A DNA stretch of 64,000 bases from a virus (taxonomy: Duplodnaviria; Caudoviricetes), in IMG/VR virus record IMGVR_UViG_3300027983_002389, one strand, 5' to 3'. The translations under genes and the position numbers were made by a program. How positions within the stretch are numbered: position 1 is the stretch's first letter; every line of letters starts with the position of its first letter. Below are positions 20,006 to 30,727 of the stretch, piece by piece. Below the pieces are notes generated by a model, which ran no database searches, was not told the DNA's origin, and saw nothing but the letters and a program-made list of their open reading frames with translations.

Positions 20006-20557
20006 ATGGGCATGGGCATAGGCACGGAAGAAGAAAACAAGCCAAAGCGAACCAGAAGGGAATTTGAAGAAGATCACACGCCATTGTGGATCAAAATCTT
20101 TGGCGGTTCAATTGTCAGCATTACCTTTTTGTGCGTGATTACGCTCACCAGCTATATCATAAGCAACATCAATAGCATTCAAACACAAGTGAATTGTGTG
20201 AACGTTGATATGATGACGAAGAAAGATCAAAAAAACATCTGGGATATGATGAAGGTTGACAGTGACAATATAGCCAGCTTGAAGGAACGATTGAATGCTA
20301 TTGAGACTTTGGCCAAAGAACGGCAATTATGGATGGAAAAATACGAAGCCAAGATTGCTGACCAAAACAAATCACTCGAAACGGCCTGTAAAGAAATTGC
20401 GGCTCATAAAGAGCGAGCAAATAGCGCAGAAACACAGTTGGTACAACTTCGAGAAGAAAATAGACAGCTTCAAAAAGACATTCAATCACTTCGAGAAAGA
20501 GTGGCTGGTATCGAAGGAAAAACTGGCGCACCAGCCCCAGAAAATAAAAAAGAATAA
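20006..20557 (+). CDS. membrane-anchored coiled-coil protein
   Basis: one TM segment then long heptad region; AGGAGG RBS. Confidence 0.7.
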   Translation: MGMGIGTEEENKPKRTRREFEEDHTPLWIKIFGGSIVSITFLCVITLTSYIISNINSIQTQVNCVNVDMMTKKDQKNIWDMMKVDSDNIASLKERLNAIETLAKERQLWMEKYEAKIADQNKSLETACKEIAAHKERANSAETQLVQLREENRQLQKDIQSLRERVAGIEGKTGAPAPENKKE

Positions 20558-20600
20558 CTCCTTCAATTGAGAGGCATATAATCTCTCTAGGAGTAAATTC

Positions 20601-20888
20601 ATGAAATATCTAGCTTTCGTTTTGGCTTTGCTGGCAGGCAGCATGTTCGCTGCTCCAGCAAACGCCCAATATCACCATCACCATTATCACAGCGGATATT
20701 ATCAATATCCAGTTTATCCGGTCTATCCAAGATCGTATTATCCACAGCCGCAAATCAGAGTGTATCCGGTTTATCCTCAGTATAATCTGTACTACAACAA
20801 CCCGTATTACAATCCGCATGTGCCATACACGCCGTACCATCCATATACACCCCGATACCAGTATCAGTTCCAAATCTATCGTTGGTGA
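20601..20888 (+). CDS. small exported Tyr/Pro/His-rich protein
   Basis: signal peptide ending ANA-Q, low-complexity YP tail, AGGAG RBS. Confidence 0.75.
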   Translation: MKYLAFVLALLAGSMFAAPANAQYHHHHYHSGYYQYPVYPVYPRSYYPQPQIRVYPVYPQYNLYYNNPYYNPHVPYTPYHPYTPRYQYQFQIYRW

Positions 20889-20890
20889 GC

Positions 20891-20919
20891 TTTACAGGAT
20901 CGAAAAACTACGGTAGAAT
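20891..20919 (+). promoter_or_regulatory. sigma70-like promoter TTTACA-N17-TAGAAT
   Basis: one of 10 copies of this motif in the window. Confidence 0.7.
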
Positions 20920-20950
20920 GAGTCTAATTCCAAAAAGAAAGAGAAATTTA

Positions 20951-21820
20951 ATGTGGTTTTTCAGTGCAGATTGGCATCTTGGACATGCCAATATCATCAA
21001 GTATTGCAAGCGGCCCTTCTTGAACCGTGAGGAGGAAGGGCTACTTTCAATGGTGGACCATGGCGTCATTCCAACCAGGGAATTGCGTATTTCCCAAGAA
21101 TCCACCAACCGAATGACGGACACTATTATTGACAGCACAAATGCTGTTGTAGGTCCAGACGACACGCTGGTTGTTGCTGGGGACTTTTGTTGGACTCCAA
21201 AGGATGATCGTTTTGCAGTTGCCAAAAAGTTCCGTGATCGTGTCATCTGTAAGAACCTGTTTTTAATTTGGGGAAATCACGACGACCGGCGAATTCTTTC
21301 TCCGCTTTTCAAAGCCTGTTATGACCAATACGTTTTCAACGTAGACGGTCAGAACATCTTCGTCAACCATTATCCTTGCCGATCTTGGGATATGGCCCAT
21401 CATGGCTGCTGGGATTTATACGGTCACGTTCATGACTTGTATGGACCAGAAGACAATGGCGACCTGATGTCTTACGAGAAGCAAGTTTTTACCGAAGGCT
21501 TTCAGTCAGTGCTGGAGCGATTTGGCATTAAGAATGAAAGTGGCGAGCGAGATCAGGCGGTACAAGACCTTCTGGCTGTTTGTGCTTCACTTAACGGGAT
21601 TGACCTTACCGTAGATGTCGGAGTAGACAATCGCATTCGAGGCGATGACGTGCCATTTGGTACGCCGTGGAGTATGAATGACCTTCGTACTTACATGGGC
21701 AAGAAAAAGACTCGTTGGGATGCCCGACACGAAGGATACAGGAGTTTGAGTTCCGCATCCAGTTTGAAGGCGGGAACCCTAACGCCGATCCAAAGTTCTG
21801 ATAAAAGATGCAAATTATGA
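20951..21820 (+). CDS. calcineurin-like metallophosphoesterase
   Basis: ADWHLGH, GDF, GNHD, HYP, GHVH, DVGVD. Confidence 0.9.
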   Translation: MWFFSADWHLGHANIIKYCKRPFLNREEEGLLSMVDHGVIPTRELRISQESTNRMTDTIIDSTNAVVGPDDTLVVAGDFCWTPKDDRFAVAKKFRDRVICKNLFLIWGNHDDRRILSPLFKACYDQYVFNVDGQNIFVNHYPCRSWDMAHHGCWDLYGHVHDLYGPEDNGDLMSYEKQVFTEGFQSVLERFGIKNESGERDQAVQDLLAVCASLNGIDLTVDVGVDNRIRGDDVPFGTPWSMNDLRTYMGKKKTRWDARHEGYRSLSSASSLKAGTLTPIQSSDKRCKL

Positions 21821-22077
21821 ATATGCAAGAACACGAAGATCGCTTGCGTCAGCTTGACATTGCTGGTGTGATTGCTTTATTTGAAGCTGCTGGAGACTAT
21901 CACCAAAAACATAGTACGGGTCCAGGTGGGTCTGCTATTTGCGTTTGTGGTGCTGGTTGTGGTGGCTCTAAAGCCTGTCGTGGCTTGTCCGTTATTCGTG
22001 ATTTATTTCAATATGCTGATTTAGACGACCCAAAATGGCGGGAACGGTTTGAATTTGTTCGACAATGTTTTGGATAA
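21817..22077 (+). CDS. hypothetical Cys-rich protein
   Basis: ORF coupled to previous gene region. Confidence 0.5.
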   Translation: MNMQEHEDRLRQLDIAGVIALFEAAGDYHQKHSTGPGGSAICVCGAGCGGSKACRGLSVIRDLFQYADLDDPKWRERFEFVRQCFG

Positions 22078-22143
22078 ATTAAATGAATGCGAATGCAAGC
22101 GATGGTTCTTTGTTGAATCGTTTTCACCAATCTTGAAACAATT

Positions 22144-22872
22144 ATGAACATCAATCGAGTGACAATAACAGGAGCAGACAATAGCGTTCGTCCTGAAGAC
22201 CTTTTGGTTTTGTCAGCCGAATTCCCATTCGTTGAGTGGGCAATCCTTTTAAGTAGCACCAAAGAAGACAACCCACGGTTTCCTAGTCGAGCCTGGATTG
22301 ACGAACTTGCTGCTTTAGGAAAATCCCACAACCTTCAGTTGGCTGGGCATGTTTGTGGAGCCTGGGTACGAAATCTGGTTGTTAAAAAAGACCCCGCTGT
22401 ATTTTTGGAACGACCGGAATTCCTTGAATACTTTCCTCGTATTCAATTGAATTTTAGCCCGTATCATGCTGCTCAATTGTTCTTGGATGTATTGAAGCCG
22501 TATAACAACGAATTCATATTTCAAGTGGGCAGCAATGGTAAGACAGACAAAATATCACTGCTTAACCTTGGTCGCAGCATGGGGTTAAACCTTTCGATTC
22601 TGTTTGATAGGTCTGGCGGCAAGGGTGTAGTTCCGTCCGATTGGCCGGAACCTATTGATCCGTTTTACCTTGGATATGCTGGTGGTTTAGGACCAGACAC
22701 ATTGTCTGACCAGTTGCCGAAAATTTCAGATGTTGTCGGCGAACGCACTATTTGGATCGACATGGAATCCAGAGTTCGTTCCGAAGACGACCAACAGTTC
22801 GATCTGGATAAAGTTCGTGCTTGCCTTGAAACATCAAGACCTTGGGTTGAACCAAAGGTCCGACTTTCCTGA
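22144..22872 (+). CDS. TrpF (phosphoribosylanthranilate isomerase)-like TIM-barrel protein
   Basis: LFDRSGGKG, YAGGLGP, WIDMESRV, FDLDKV. Confidence 0.65.
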   Translation: MNINRVTITGADNSVRPEDLLVLSAEFPFVEWAILLSSTKEDNPRFPSRAWIDELAALGKSHNLQLAGHVCGAWVRNLVVKKDPAVFLERPEFLEYFPRIQLNFSPYHAAQLFLDVLKPYNNEFIFQVGSNGKTDKISLLNLGRSMGLNLSILFDRSGGKGVVPSDWPEPIDPFYLGYAGGLGPDTLSDQLPKISDVVGERTIWIDMESRVRSEDDQQFDLDKVRACLETSRPWVEPKVRLS

Positions 22873-22883
22873 ATATAGTCGGT

Positions 22884-22912
22884 TTTACAACCAACAAAAA
22901 ACGTGGTACAAT
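22884..22912 (+). promoter_or_regulatory. promoter TTTACA-N17-TACAAT upstream of ligA
   Basis: motif match with extended -10 TG. Confidence 0.7.
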
Positions 22913-23027
22913 GTCTACATCGGGCATTGCCCACGTTTTTTTGTTGCAAGGTCGAACCAAATCGACGGTTCGCTCTCTTGGTTCTACGAGATAACTACCA
23001 ACTAACCCAACCAACTAGGATTGCAAA

Positions 23028-25148
23028 ATGGCCGTCAAACAGCAGCAAGATCAAGAAGTCTCGGAACTTGAGTCAATCATCGAAACCCTCGACACTTTTT
23101 ATGAATTGGGCGATGATTGTGTTCATCCGATCACCGGGAAGTTGGTTTTGGACCCGGAATACGATACGCTCCGTAAGCGTCTTTTTGATCTTCATCCTAC
23201 GTCCTATATTTTCAAGGACGTGACGGCTTCAAACGCAGTGCAGCACAGCAGGAAGGTTCCTCACAATCCTCCGATGGTGTCGATCTCCAAGGCTATTGGG
23301 CCTTTGCAGGAACGCACCGATACGTTGAAGGATTTCGTCGGCAAGGTTGAATTGGAACTTGCCTATGCCGAAAGCGAAGAAAAGTATCTCGTTCAAGCCT
23401 ATAAGCGTGACGGCGTTGCCGTGGCGTTGTATTACGAGAACGGCATCTTGACTCGTGCTGGGCTTCGTCCTCGCAATGGCACTGATGGCGAAGATGTGAC
23501 AGAGAACATCAAGCATGTCGGCGGCGTACCGACAGAACTGTGGGAATACGACCGAGATGGAAACCGAGTCAAGTTTTTGAATGTGACTTGTTCCATCCGT
23601 GGCGAAATCGAATGCCCCAAGTCTGTCTTCCGTAAGGTTGTGGAAGATTGGAATGATCCCAAGTTCGGCCTCGATTCGGAACCCAAGAATCCCCGTAACT
23701 ATTCAGCGGGCAGCATTCGTCAATTCTCTAATCCTGCCATCACCAAGGAACGTCGCTTGACGTTTACTGGATATTCCATCCTCGGTTGGCATTCTAAGGA
23801 CAATAGCCCGGCCCCTTTCAAAACCGAAATTGAGCGGGCAAAGTACAGCAATGCCAAACTTCGCATTCCATTCGTCCAAGTTCGTCCGTTCCGATGGGCT
23901 GATCTTCAGATTCTCGAAGACTTGGCTTCGCAGTTATGCTACGAAGTTGATGGCGTGGTGATTTCTGTCAACAATCTCGAAGATGCCGAACAGATGGGTA
24001 CTCATGGCGGCACTGCCACGGGAAATCCCAAGGCTAAGATTGCTTGGAAGTTCGCAGAAGAATCAATTTTGGTTGAAGTCGAGTCCATCGAATGGAACCC
24101 AGGTCGCAGCGGTACACTGACGCCTATTTTGCACTTTAAGCCTGTGCAACTCGATGGGACTACGGTTAAAAAGTGTACTGGACACAGTCTTGGCTTTCTC
24201 GATGGGACCAGCAAGGCTAGTCTTGGCGAAATTACCAGGTGGACGGAAGTTCGCATCATCAAGAGTGGCAAGATCATTCCGAAGGTGATTGAAATCACCA
24301 AGAAATGGACACATAGCAATTTAGATGTTCCGACAAAGTGTCCTTCATGCAACTCTACATTGGAAATTCGTCAGGGTGGCGACGGCAAAGAATTGGTGTG
24401 TGCTTCTGATTTCTGTGGTGTTCGGGCTGTGGCTCGTCTCGTTCACTTTCTCTCAACGATTGGCGTAAAGGGAATTGCAGAAAGCATTCTGACTCGACTT
24501 CTGGATGAGAAGTTGGTTCAATATCCTGATGAACTGTATAGCCTTTCGGTTGGCAAGTTGACGACTATTGGATATTCCAAGCGTCAAGCATTGTTGATCG
24601 TGGCTCGGCTTTACTTGCACGATGATCCTGCTCATGTTACAGATGATGAACTGGAACAATTCATCAAGCAGAAGAAGACCATCAAGATTCCGGCATGGCA
24701 GTTCTTCGCCGCCTTCGGCATTTCTGGTGCAGGCAAGTCCGCAGGACAGGCACTTATCGGCCACTTCGGTACATTTGATGCCATCAATTCGGCAACTATT
24801 GAACAACTTCAGGAAGTCGCTGGGCTGGGAGAAACTTCAGCCAATGCCATTGTTACTTTCTTCGGCGAGCATGATGTCATGGTGAAGCAACTGCTCAAGT
24901 TTATTGAGCCAGAAGGGAAGAAGCAAGGAAAGTTGTCAGGCCATACGTTCGTGTTCACGGGTGGCTTCGACGGTGGCAAGGCAGCTTGGGAAAAGAAGGT
25001 GATTGACCTGGGAGCCGCTGTGTCGGGATCGGTTAGCAAGACGACAGATTATGTGGTTGTCGGAACCGATGCAGGCTCCAAGGAAGCCAAGGCTAAACAA
25101 CTCGGCATCAAAATGTTGACGCCAGATCAACTCGAAAATCTGTTGTAG
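23028..25148 (+). CDS. ligA: NAD-dependent DNA ligase
   Basis: KRDG adenylation motif, GEDVT, RGE, NPRN, DGVV, Zn finger, HhH, BRCT. Confidence 0.95.
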   Translation: MAVKQQQDQEVSELESIIETLDTFYELGDDCVHPITGKLVLDPEYDTLRKRLFDLHPTSYIFKDVTASNAVQHSRKVPHNPPMVSISKAIGPLQERTDTLKDFVGKVELELAYAESEEKYLVQAYKRDGVAVALYYENGILTRAGLRPRNGTDGEDVTENIKHVGGVPTELWEYDRDGNRVKFLNVTCSIRGEIECPKSVFRKVVEDWNDPKFGLDSEPKNPRNYSAGSIRQFSNPAITKERRLTFTGYSILGWHSKDNSPAPFKTEIERAKYSNAKLRIPFVQVRPFRWADLQILEDLASQLCYEVDGVVISVNNLEDAEQMGTHGGTATGNPKAKIAWKFAEESILVEVESIEWNPGRSGTLTPILHFKPVQLDGTTVKKCTGHSLGFLDGTSKASLGEITRWTEVRIIKSGKIIPKVIEITKKWTHSNLDVPTKCPSCNSTLEIRQGGDGKELVCASDFCGVRAVARLVHFLSTIGVKGIAESILTRLLDEKLVQYPDELYSLSVGKLTTIGYSKRQALLIVARLYLHDDPAHVTDDELEQFIKQKKTIKIPAWQFFAAFGISGAGKSAGQALIGHFGTFDAINSATIEQLQEVAGLGETSANAIVTFFGEHDVMVKQLLKFIEPEGKKQGKLSGHTFVFTGGFDGGKAAWEKKVIDLGAAVSGSVSKTTDYVVVGTDAGSKEAKAKQLGIKMLTPDQLENLL

Positions 25149-25221
25149 ACAGTCGTGGTGCTGATCGACAGAAATCAAGTGCAAAATACCACTTGCCTTT
25201 CGTTCCAGATTGAGAGATGAC

Positions 25222-26334
25222 ATGAACCGTCAAGAATTGCTCAATGGCATTATTGCCCAATTAGATTTGGTTGTCTCCGAAAGTGACATTCGGGTATTGG
25301 CAAATCAGTTATGGATTGATGCTGGTTCGCCTCTTGGTGATGGCGAGTCTTTCTGGTTGCTCGCAGAGAATCAACTACTTGTTTCCAAACGTGAACAAAC
25401 TGCCAAGCGAATTCTCACTCAAGCGTTGCTTCCCGCCATTCAAGAATCTGCTGCCTCAATTCAAGATGAGGCGCAAAAATATACACAAAATGCCATTGGT
25501 GTTTTGCAAAAGGAACTTTTGGAAAACCAGCAATTGGTTTTGCCAGAAGGTGTTCGTTTTCATAAACGAGTTGGCAAGATCGACTATCTTGTCATCGAAC
25601 AGCAGCCTATGGTTCGCACTGTATTGGTCGATACCAGTTACCATAATGGAAAGATTGGTGAATCTCGATATCCTGATGCCAGTTCACAAGGGGCGAAAGA
25701 GTTTCACATTGCTTTACCTTATGTGATTTATCAGATTACGTTATCTGATTATCAATTGGCGAAATTCTACATTGCTTTTCGCACAGAGCCGCTGAAGACC
25801 CTGAAGGACAAACTGAGTTTATGTGTTATGCCCAACTCTCATGAAGAAGGTTCTGTGTGTTGTTCTTTTTCAAAACATAATCACGCCAACATCGTTGATG
25901 CTGTTCGGCACATCATTGGATTTTATTGGCAGTCACAATATCGCTATTGTCTTCATCACCGATTCCCCGACGACCCAGCATTCAAAACCTGGGATGCCTG
26001 GGAAAAAGCAAGTAGGGAAAATCCTTTGTTCATTTTGAATTTGAAGTGGCCCGAATTGGAATATACATTGGCTAAATTTTTAGGGGATGCCGCCAAAGAA
26101 CAGCCGCCAGCGCCACCAGCAGGCTTTCAGGATTTATCCTCTAAGTTTATTCAAGCAGCTTCGGATATTTTGACCTGCAAGGAAATTCTAAAGCCGGTGC
26201 CGCCATCGTTCGTCATCGACTATGACCGGCGTCATGACGAACGATGGCTGCGTGATGACGATGACGATGACGATGACGATGAAGATGAAGATGAAGATGA
26301 AGATGAAGATGAAGATGAAGATGAAGATATTTAG
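25222..26334 (+). CDS. prokaryotic E2 family D-like protein with N-terminal DUF2934-like motif and poly-acidic tail
   Basis: IRVLANQLWIDAGSP.G....FWLLAE; IEQQP..RT, ALPYV, PNSHEEGSVCC, FYWQSQY. Confidence 0.7.
   Translation: MNRQELLNGIIAQLDLVVSESDIRVLANQLWIDAGSPLGDGESFWLLAENQLLVSKREQTAKRILTQALLPAIQESAASIQDEAQKYTQNAIGVLQKELLENQQLVLPEGVRFHKRVGKIDYLVIEQQPMVRTVLVDTSYHNGKIGESRYPDASSQGAKEFHIALPYVIYQITLSDYQLAKFYIAFRTEPLKTLKDKLSLCVMPNSHEEGSVCCSFSKHNHANIVDAVRHIIGFYWQSQYRYCLHHRFPDDPAFKTWDAWEKASRENPLFILNLKWPELEYTLAKFLGDAAKEQPPAPPAGFQDLSSKFIQAASDILTCKEILKPVPPSFVIDYDRRHDERWLRDDDDDDDDDEDEDEDEDEDEDEDEDI
26253..26328 (+). repeat. (GAY)n/(GATGAA)n coding microsatellite
   Basis: encodes a D/E tract of about 25 residues. 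Confidence 0.9.
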
Positions 26335-26339
26335 TCTGC

Positions 26340-26368
26340 TTTACAATCGGACATATGCAGGGTATAAT
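26340..26368 (+). promoter_or_regulatory. promoter TTTACA-N17-TATAAT
   Basis: motif match upstream of sigma gene. Confidence 0.7.
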
Positions 26369-26376
26369 CTGGCATT

Positions 26377-27039
26377 ATGACCATGCTTATTGAACTAACA
26401 ACAGCCGACGATTTGCCCAAGGTGGTTAGCAGGGACGCTATTGATCCGGCCAAATACATTTTTTTGGTCGAAGCAATCTCACATAAATTTCGCAAAAAGT
26501 TTCGTGGCGACTTCGAGCAAATTGAGGATACCGAGCAATATTCCATTGCCTCTATGGAACTTGTAAAGGCTGCTGCTGGGTATGATCCTGAAGTGGGTGA
26601 AGATTTCGCCCGATACGCATTTCGTGCCATGAGGAATGGCATTATTGAAGCCATTCGTCATCAGAATCGTCAAAAACGAACTGCTGAATTTTCTAAATTG
26701 ACTGATCTTGAATGGCAAGAACTTCCAGAAAAAGAACCAGTTTTATCGAATGATATTCCCCCCGATGTATATCGGACCCTGATGGTGAATCACCCTGAAG
26801 ACACTGACCTAGATCGTGCTGATAAGGCACTTTTGACAGAAATTTACATTCAGGGCAAAAAGATTCCATTCATTGCGGAAAAATACGGAATCACCAGAAT
26901 GACGGTCTACAACCGTCTTCGTCGCATCATTGGAAAAATTCGTCAGCGTCATGGCGACCTGATTGAGTCACATGGGGGAATGCTCGATGAATGTCATGAA
27001 AGAGAGCCTTGTTGTCTTCACCGAAGGGGCGAGGGTTAA
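26377..27039 (+). CDS. sigma-70 family factor
   Basis: ELVKAAAGYDP...FARYAFRAMRNGI region 2; IAEKYGITRMTVYN HTH. Confidence 0.8.
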   Translation: MTMLIELTTADDLPKVVSRDAIDPAKYIFLVEAISHKFRKKFRGDFEQIEDTEQYSIASMELVKAAAGYDPEVGEDFARYAFRAMRNGIIEAIRHQNRQKRTAEFSKLTDLEWQELPEKEPVLSNDIPPDVYRTLMVNHPEDTDLDRADKALLTEIYIQGKKIPFIAEKYGITRMTVYNRLRRIIGKIRQRHGDLIESHGGMLDECHEREPCCLHRRGEG

Positions 27040-27493
27040 TTTCAAGGTCTACGGCTATTTGGTTCCGATATTTGCAGGTTTGCTTGATGGTGAACCACAA
27101 ATCTTTGGAGTCGCTTGGGAAGACGCCGCTCAAAAAGACGCCTTTGCTTTGAAAGTTCGTGACTGGATCGCTACTGATCGTCTCAAGGAATATATCATGG
27201 TGGTCGAAGCGTGGACCGCCAATACCTCTTGGAGAGATCAAGCCAAAGTTCTACAATGGCTTGAAACTCACGGGAGTTTGCAAAACTGGCCCGACCGTAG
27301 CGAAGTAGTTATGGTTATATATTGCTCACCTACTGAAGAAATTCAGTATACAGCAGACATTATTCGTGGTAGAATCCCTGTACCAATAATCGGGGAATGG
27401 AAAATCAGCCATCGGCAAGTGAAATTCAACCTCGAAGATTTTACCACACGATTCCAAGGCTTGTTCCTTAAAAGCAAAGCGGGGCAAAACTAA
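26987..27493 (+). CDS. hypothetical protein
   Basis: ORF; TAATG coupling to next gene. Confidence 0.65.
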   Translation: MNVMKESLVVFTEGARVNFKVYGYLVPIFAGLLDGEPQIFGVAWEDAAQKDAFALKVRDWIATDRLKEYIMVVEAWTANTSWRDQAKVLQWLETHGSLQNWPDRSEVVMVIYCSPTEEIQYTADIIRGRIPVPIIGEWKISHRQVKFNLEDFTTRFQGLFLKSKAGQN

Positions 27494-28641
27494 TGCCAAC
27501 TCAAGAAGAAATTGTCAATGCTGTCGTTCGCCAACTGAAGGGCAAAGACCTCAGCCAACAAGCAGTCATGGTTCTCCAGAAGGCGACGGCACGAGTGCTG
27601 GAACGCATCAAGCAGAACGTCGATGTTCAGGTGAAGGAAGACTCTTCGCCCATTGTGGAAAAGTTCGTCAAGAATGCCGCTACCAAAATGTCGGCAATGA
27701 CCCAGCAATGGGCTGATGGTGTCAAGAATGATCTCGTTGTGTTCCCGGAAGGAACTCGGTATATTTGGCGTGACGGCCAAATGACGACTATCATCGTCGA
27801 ACAACAGCCGCAGGTTCGGCACATCAACGTATATGGCAAGATTTATTTGCTATCGTTGCCATACGTCCAGTTCATCTTGCATTTCAAGAATCATGAGTTA
27901 CAACATTCACTTCGGGTGACTTGCACCAAGAAACCAATCACCGATCTCGATCAGGCGGCGAATTTCATCCCATTGGGGAATATCGATAGTAATCACAATG
28001 TCTGTATGGGCAATTTCAGGTGGCCGACTACCGGCAATATGACTGATGTTGTGAATGCTGTTATCGGAGAGTTCTGGCAAGGTCAGTTCAACTACGATGG
28101 TGGTGGGCATATGTTAGAGTTTTTCTCTGACAATACGCTTGCAGCCAAGACTGCACGAGATTCACGAGAAGACGATCGAAACGGGATCGTTCAGCCTGGG
28201 TTTACAGCCTGGGCGAAGAAGACTCAAGAAAACGCCTTGTATGGAACAGAGCGTACTACAAAGTACAGACCTGGCGCTACGTTCCGTCGATTCTTGGCTA
28301 CTGACAGTGGCGACAAGAATGGTTCGCAGTCGATTGTCAATAACCTCAAGCAAGAAATCATCACGGCGGTTGGCGCTATCGGTGGCGATATTCAAGCAAT
28401 ATTGACAGCTACGGATTTGGAAACCGAGAACCGGGAAAAGGTACACGTCGAAACCCTACAAGGCATTCTCAAGGAAATCATTGTTCAGGCTTATGCTGAA
28501 CTGTGGGAATACTTGCAGAAGCAACTTCAGGATGAACGAGCCAAATTGCAAAAGGAAATGCAAGAGGCAGCGAACAAATTGAAGAACAAATTGAAGAACG
28601 ATTTTGTGTACTACATGGACCAAAAGAAAAAGGTGTGGTAA
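27493..28641 (+). CDS. prokaryotic E2 family D-like protein
   Basis: VEQQP.VR, LSLPYV, PLGNIDSNHNVCMG, EFWQGQF; paralogue of 25222 ORF. Confidence 0.75.
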   Translation: MPTQEEIVNAVVRQLKGKDLSQQAVMVLQKATARVLERIKQNVDVQVKEDSSPIVEKFVKNAATKMSAMTQQWADGVKNDLVVFPEGTRYIWRDGQMTTIIVEQQPQVRHINVYGKIYLLSLPYVQFILHFKNHELQHSLRVTCTKKPITDLDQAANFIPLGNIDSNHNVCMGNFRWPTTGNMTDVVNAVIGEFWQGQFNYDGGGHMLEFFSDNTLAAKTARDSREDDRNGIVQPGFTAWAKKTQENALYGTERTTKYRPGATFRRFLATDSGDKNGSQSIVNNLKQEIITAVGAIGGDIQAILTATDLETENREKVHVETLQGILKEIIVQAYAELWEYLQKQLQDERAKLQKEMQEAANKLKNKLKNDFVYYMDQKKKVW

Positions 28642-29696
28642 TGGCTAGTGCCAATATCCAGGATACGATTCGTCGTATTCAAGAAGAGGCGAAACGAAAG
28701 GTCGAGACGGCTCGCTTTAGTAAAAGCAAGCCGTCTATTCCCAAGATCGCTGTTGCTCAGACTCCCACACTCGATGAGGTCGTGGCGAGTCTTCGTGAGC
28801 AACTATCTACGGCTATTGCACAGGCTTTGTCCACTAAGGCTGCTCGTCGTTATGTAGGCGACATTACAGAATCGTTGCAAGATATTGCTACTGAGGCACT
28901 AGAAAATGCTCGAATCAAAGTTGATTTTGGCGGTGCTGCTCAAAAAGAGGGCAAAGTAATCATCTATCCCAACAATTGCAAACTGCTCGTGCAGAATGAT
29001 TCTGGTCAGGGGTCTTTGATTATTGAAGAACCCCCGCAATATCGAACTATCTTAACCTATACCCGGCAGGGGAATAAGTCTTATCGCATTGCTTTGCCGT
29101 ATATGGTTTATTTGATCGGTTTCCAAAACATTGTTAACTCATATAAGCATGTTGCTTGTGGCGTTGGATTTGGGAATGAACCAATTGATTCGGTTGACAC
29201 TTATTTGCTTAATCCTAAATTGCCTCATACGCAAGGAAATATGCACGTTTGTCAGCCAATAAATCAGACCAATCACAAGACCGTCAAGGAATTGGCCGAA
29301 TATATCGTTCAGACTTTTTGGAGTACAACTTTCATTTACACGTTTGAACATGCCAAATGTGTGTTTGATGTTGGCAACCAACGAATCAAGAGTTTCGCTG
29401 ATTGGCAAAACAAAGTCAAAAATCCTCTCGATATTTTGAAGGGTAATTTTGGTCGAGGACAAACTGTTGGTGACGTTTTAGGTCACATGGGTCAAGTTTA
29501 CGAAACTCGTAGCAACAACACAGTAGGCCATAAGATTCAATCAGTGGTTGCTCGTGTTGTAGGTCGTGTCAATCACAGCATTTCCGCAGAAGAATTGGCG
29601 ACTGTCATTCGTCAAACGGCTGAGGAAATTGTCAATGTTGCACTACAAAACGCTATTGGCGATTCTGCTTTACAGCAATCAAAAGTAGTGGTATAA
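28641..29696 (+). CDS. prokaryotic E2 family D-like protein
   Basis: IEEPPQYRT, IALPYM, LPHTQGNMHVC, TFWSTTF. Confidence 0.7.
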   Translation: MASANIQDTIRRIQEEAKRKVETARFSKSKPSIPKIAVAQTPTLDEVVASLREQLSTAIAQALSTKAARRYVGDITESLQDIATEALENARIKVDFGGAAQKEGKVIIYPNNCKLLVQNDSGQGSLIIEEPPQYRTILTYTRQGNKSYRIALPYMVYLIGFQNIVNSYKHVACGVGFGNEPIDSVDTYLLNPKLPHTQGNMHVCQPINQTNHKTVKELAEYIVQTFWSTTFIYTFEHAKCVFDVGNQRIKSFADWQNKVKNPLDILKGNFGRGQTVGDVLGHMGQVYETRSNNTVGHKIQSVVARVVGRVNHSISAEELATVIRQTAEEIVNVALQNAIGDSALQQSKVVV

Positions 29697-29697
29697 T
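29669..29697 (+). promoter_or_regulatory. promoter TTTACA-N17-TATAAT for JAB-E1-Ubl
   Basis: motif match with extended -10 TG. Confidence 0.7.
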
Positions 29698-29749
29698 CTT
29701 TCACTTGAAATGTCGGTTCCAGTTTTCAACAAGTTTTCAGGAGTACCAG

Positions 29750-30637
29750 ATGGCAGACCAACCCGCTCCCCTTGCACTGTTTCCGGTGTATTTGTTCGAT
29801 CATGAATTCGAGCTTCCTACAACCGGAACGTACTATCTCGTCACCAAGACGGGAATCTATCTGCACAAAGAAACCAAGGCGGGCAATGCACTCGTCAAGG
29901 TCCAAGGTATTCCTTGGTTGCAAGAACCGACCATCGAATTCCATCTCAAGCTGCCGAAGATTCCGGGCAGCATCATTGGTCAGGCTCTCACTTTCTTTCG
30001 GAAGGTGTTTCAGCAGTACAAGTCCGAAGCGTATGTGACGCTTCTGTACAGTGCCAAGTCCAATCAGTATCGTCTCTGGTGTCCGGCACAGAAGGTGTCT
30101 GGCGGCAGTGTCAACTATGACCGAACCGATCAGCCTTCGTTCGAGGATCGAACCACCAACGATTGGCAAATGTGTGGCACTATCCACTCGCACTGTGACT
30201 TCAGCGCATATCACTCCGGCACGGATATTAGCGACGAAGAAACATTCGATGGAATACACATCACGCTGGGACACGTCAATCGGGCGCAGTTCAGCATGGA
30301 AGCCTCCGTTGCCATCAATGGAAAGCGGGAGAAGTTGGAGCCAGAAAATTGCTGCTCCGGCGTCATTCGCATCACCAATAAGGAAGTCGTCAATCGTTCG
30401 TATATGACCTGGGGCGAAAGTTGCTTCTTCGATCTCGAACTGTCGGAAGAAGATGCACAGCAACTTGTGGCTGATACGGCGATTATCAATACTGAATGGA
30501 TGCCAAAGGTTGAACACAACGACTGGCAAGCCAAGAATAAACACAACAATTGGATGGGCGGCTCGAAAAAAAACGGCGAAAACGATGATCTTTTCGATCA
30601 GGGATTCACCGCTGATTGGTGGCGAAACCAGAGTTAG
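29750..30637 (+). CDS. JAB/MPN+ metallopeptidase
   Basis: upstream E (SEAYV), GTIHSHCDFSAYHSGTDISDE. Confidence 0.9.
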   Translation: MADQPAPLALFPVYLFDHEFELPTTGTYYLVTKTGIYLHKETKAGNALVKVQGIPWLQEPTIEFHLKLPKIPGSIIGQALTFFRKVFQQYKSEAYVTLLYSAKSNQYRLWCPAQKVSGGSVNYDRTDQPSFEDRTTNDWQMCGTIHSHCDFSAYHSGTDISDEETFDGIHITLGHVNRAQFSMEASVAINGKREKLEPENCCSGVIRITNKEVVNRSYMTWGESCFFDLELSEEDAQQLVADTAIINTEWMPKVEHNDWQAKNKHNNWMGGSKKNGENDDLFDQGFTADWWRNQS

Positions 30638-30727
30638 GTCGAACCAAATCGACTTTTCGCTCTCTAGTTCATTAGTTCATTAGTTCATTAGTGAAGTCTC
30701 AAAAATCTTTGTGAAGGGAATAGCCTC

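Noticed and set aside
29726-30544. 272-aa minus-strand ORF
   Set aside because: Antisense shadow of the JAB gene with no motifs.
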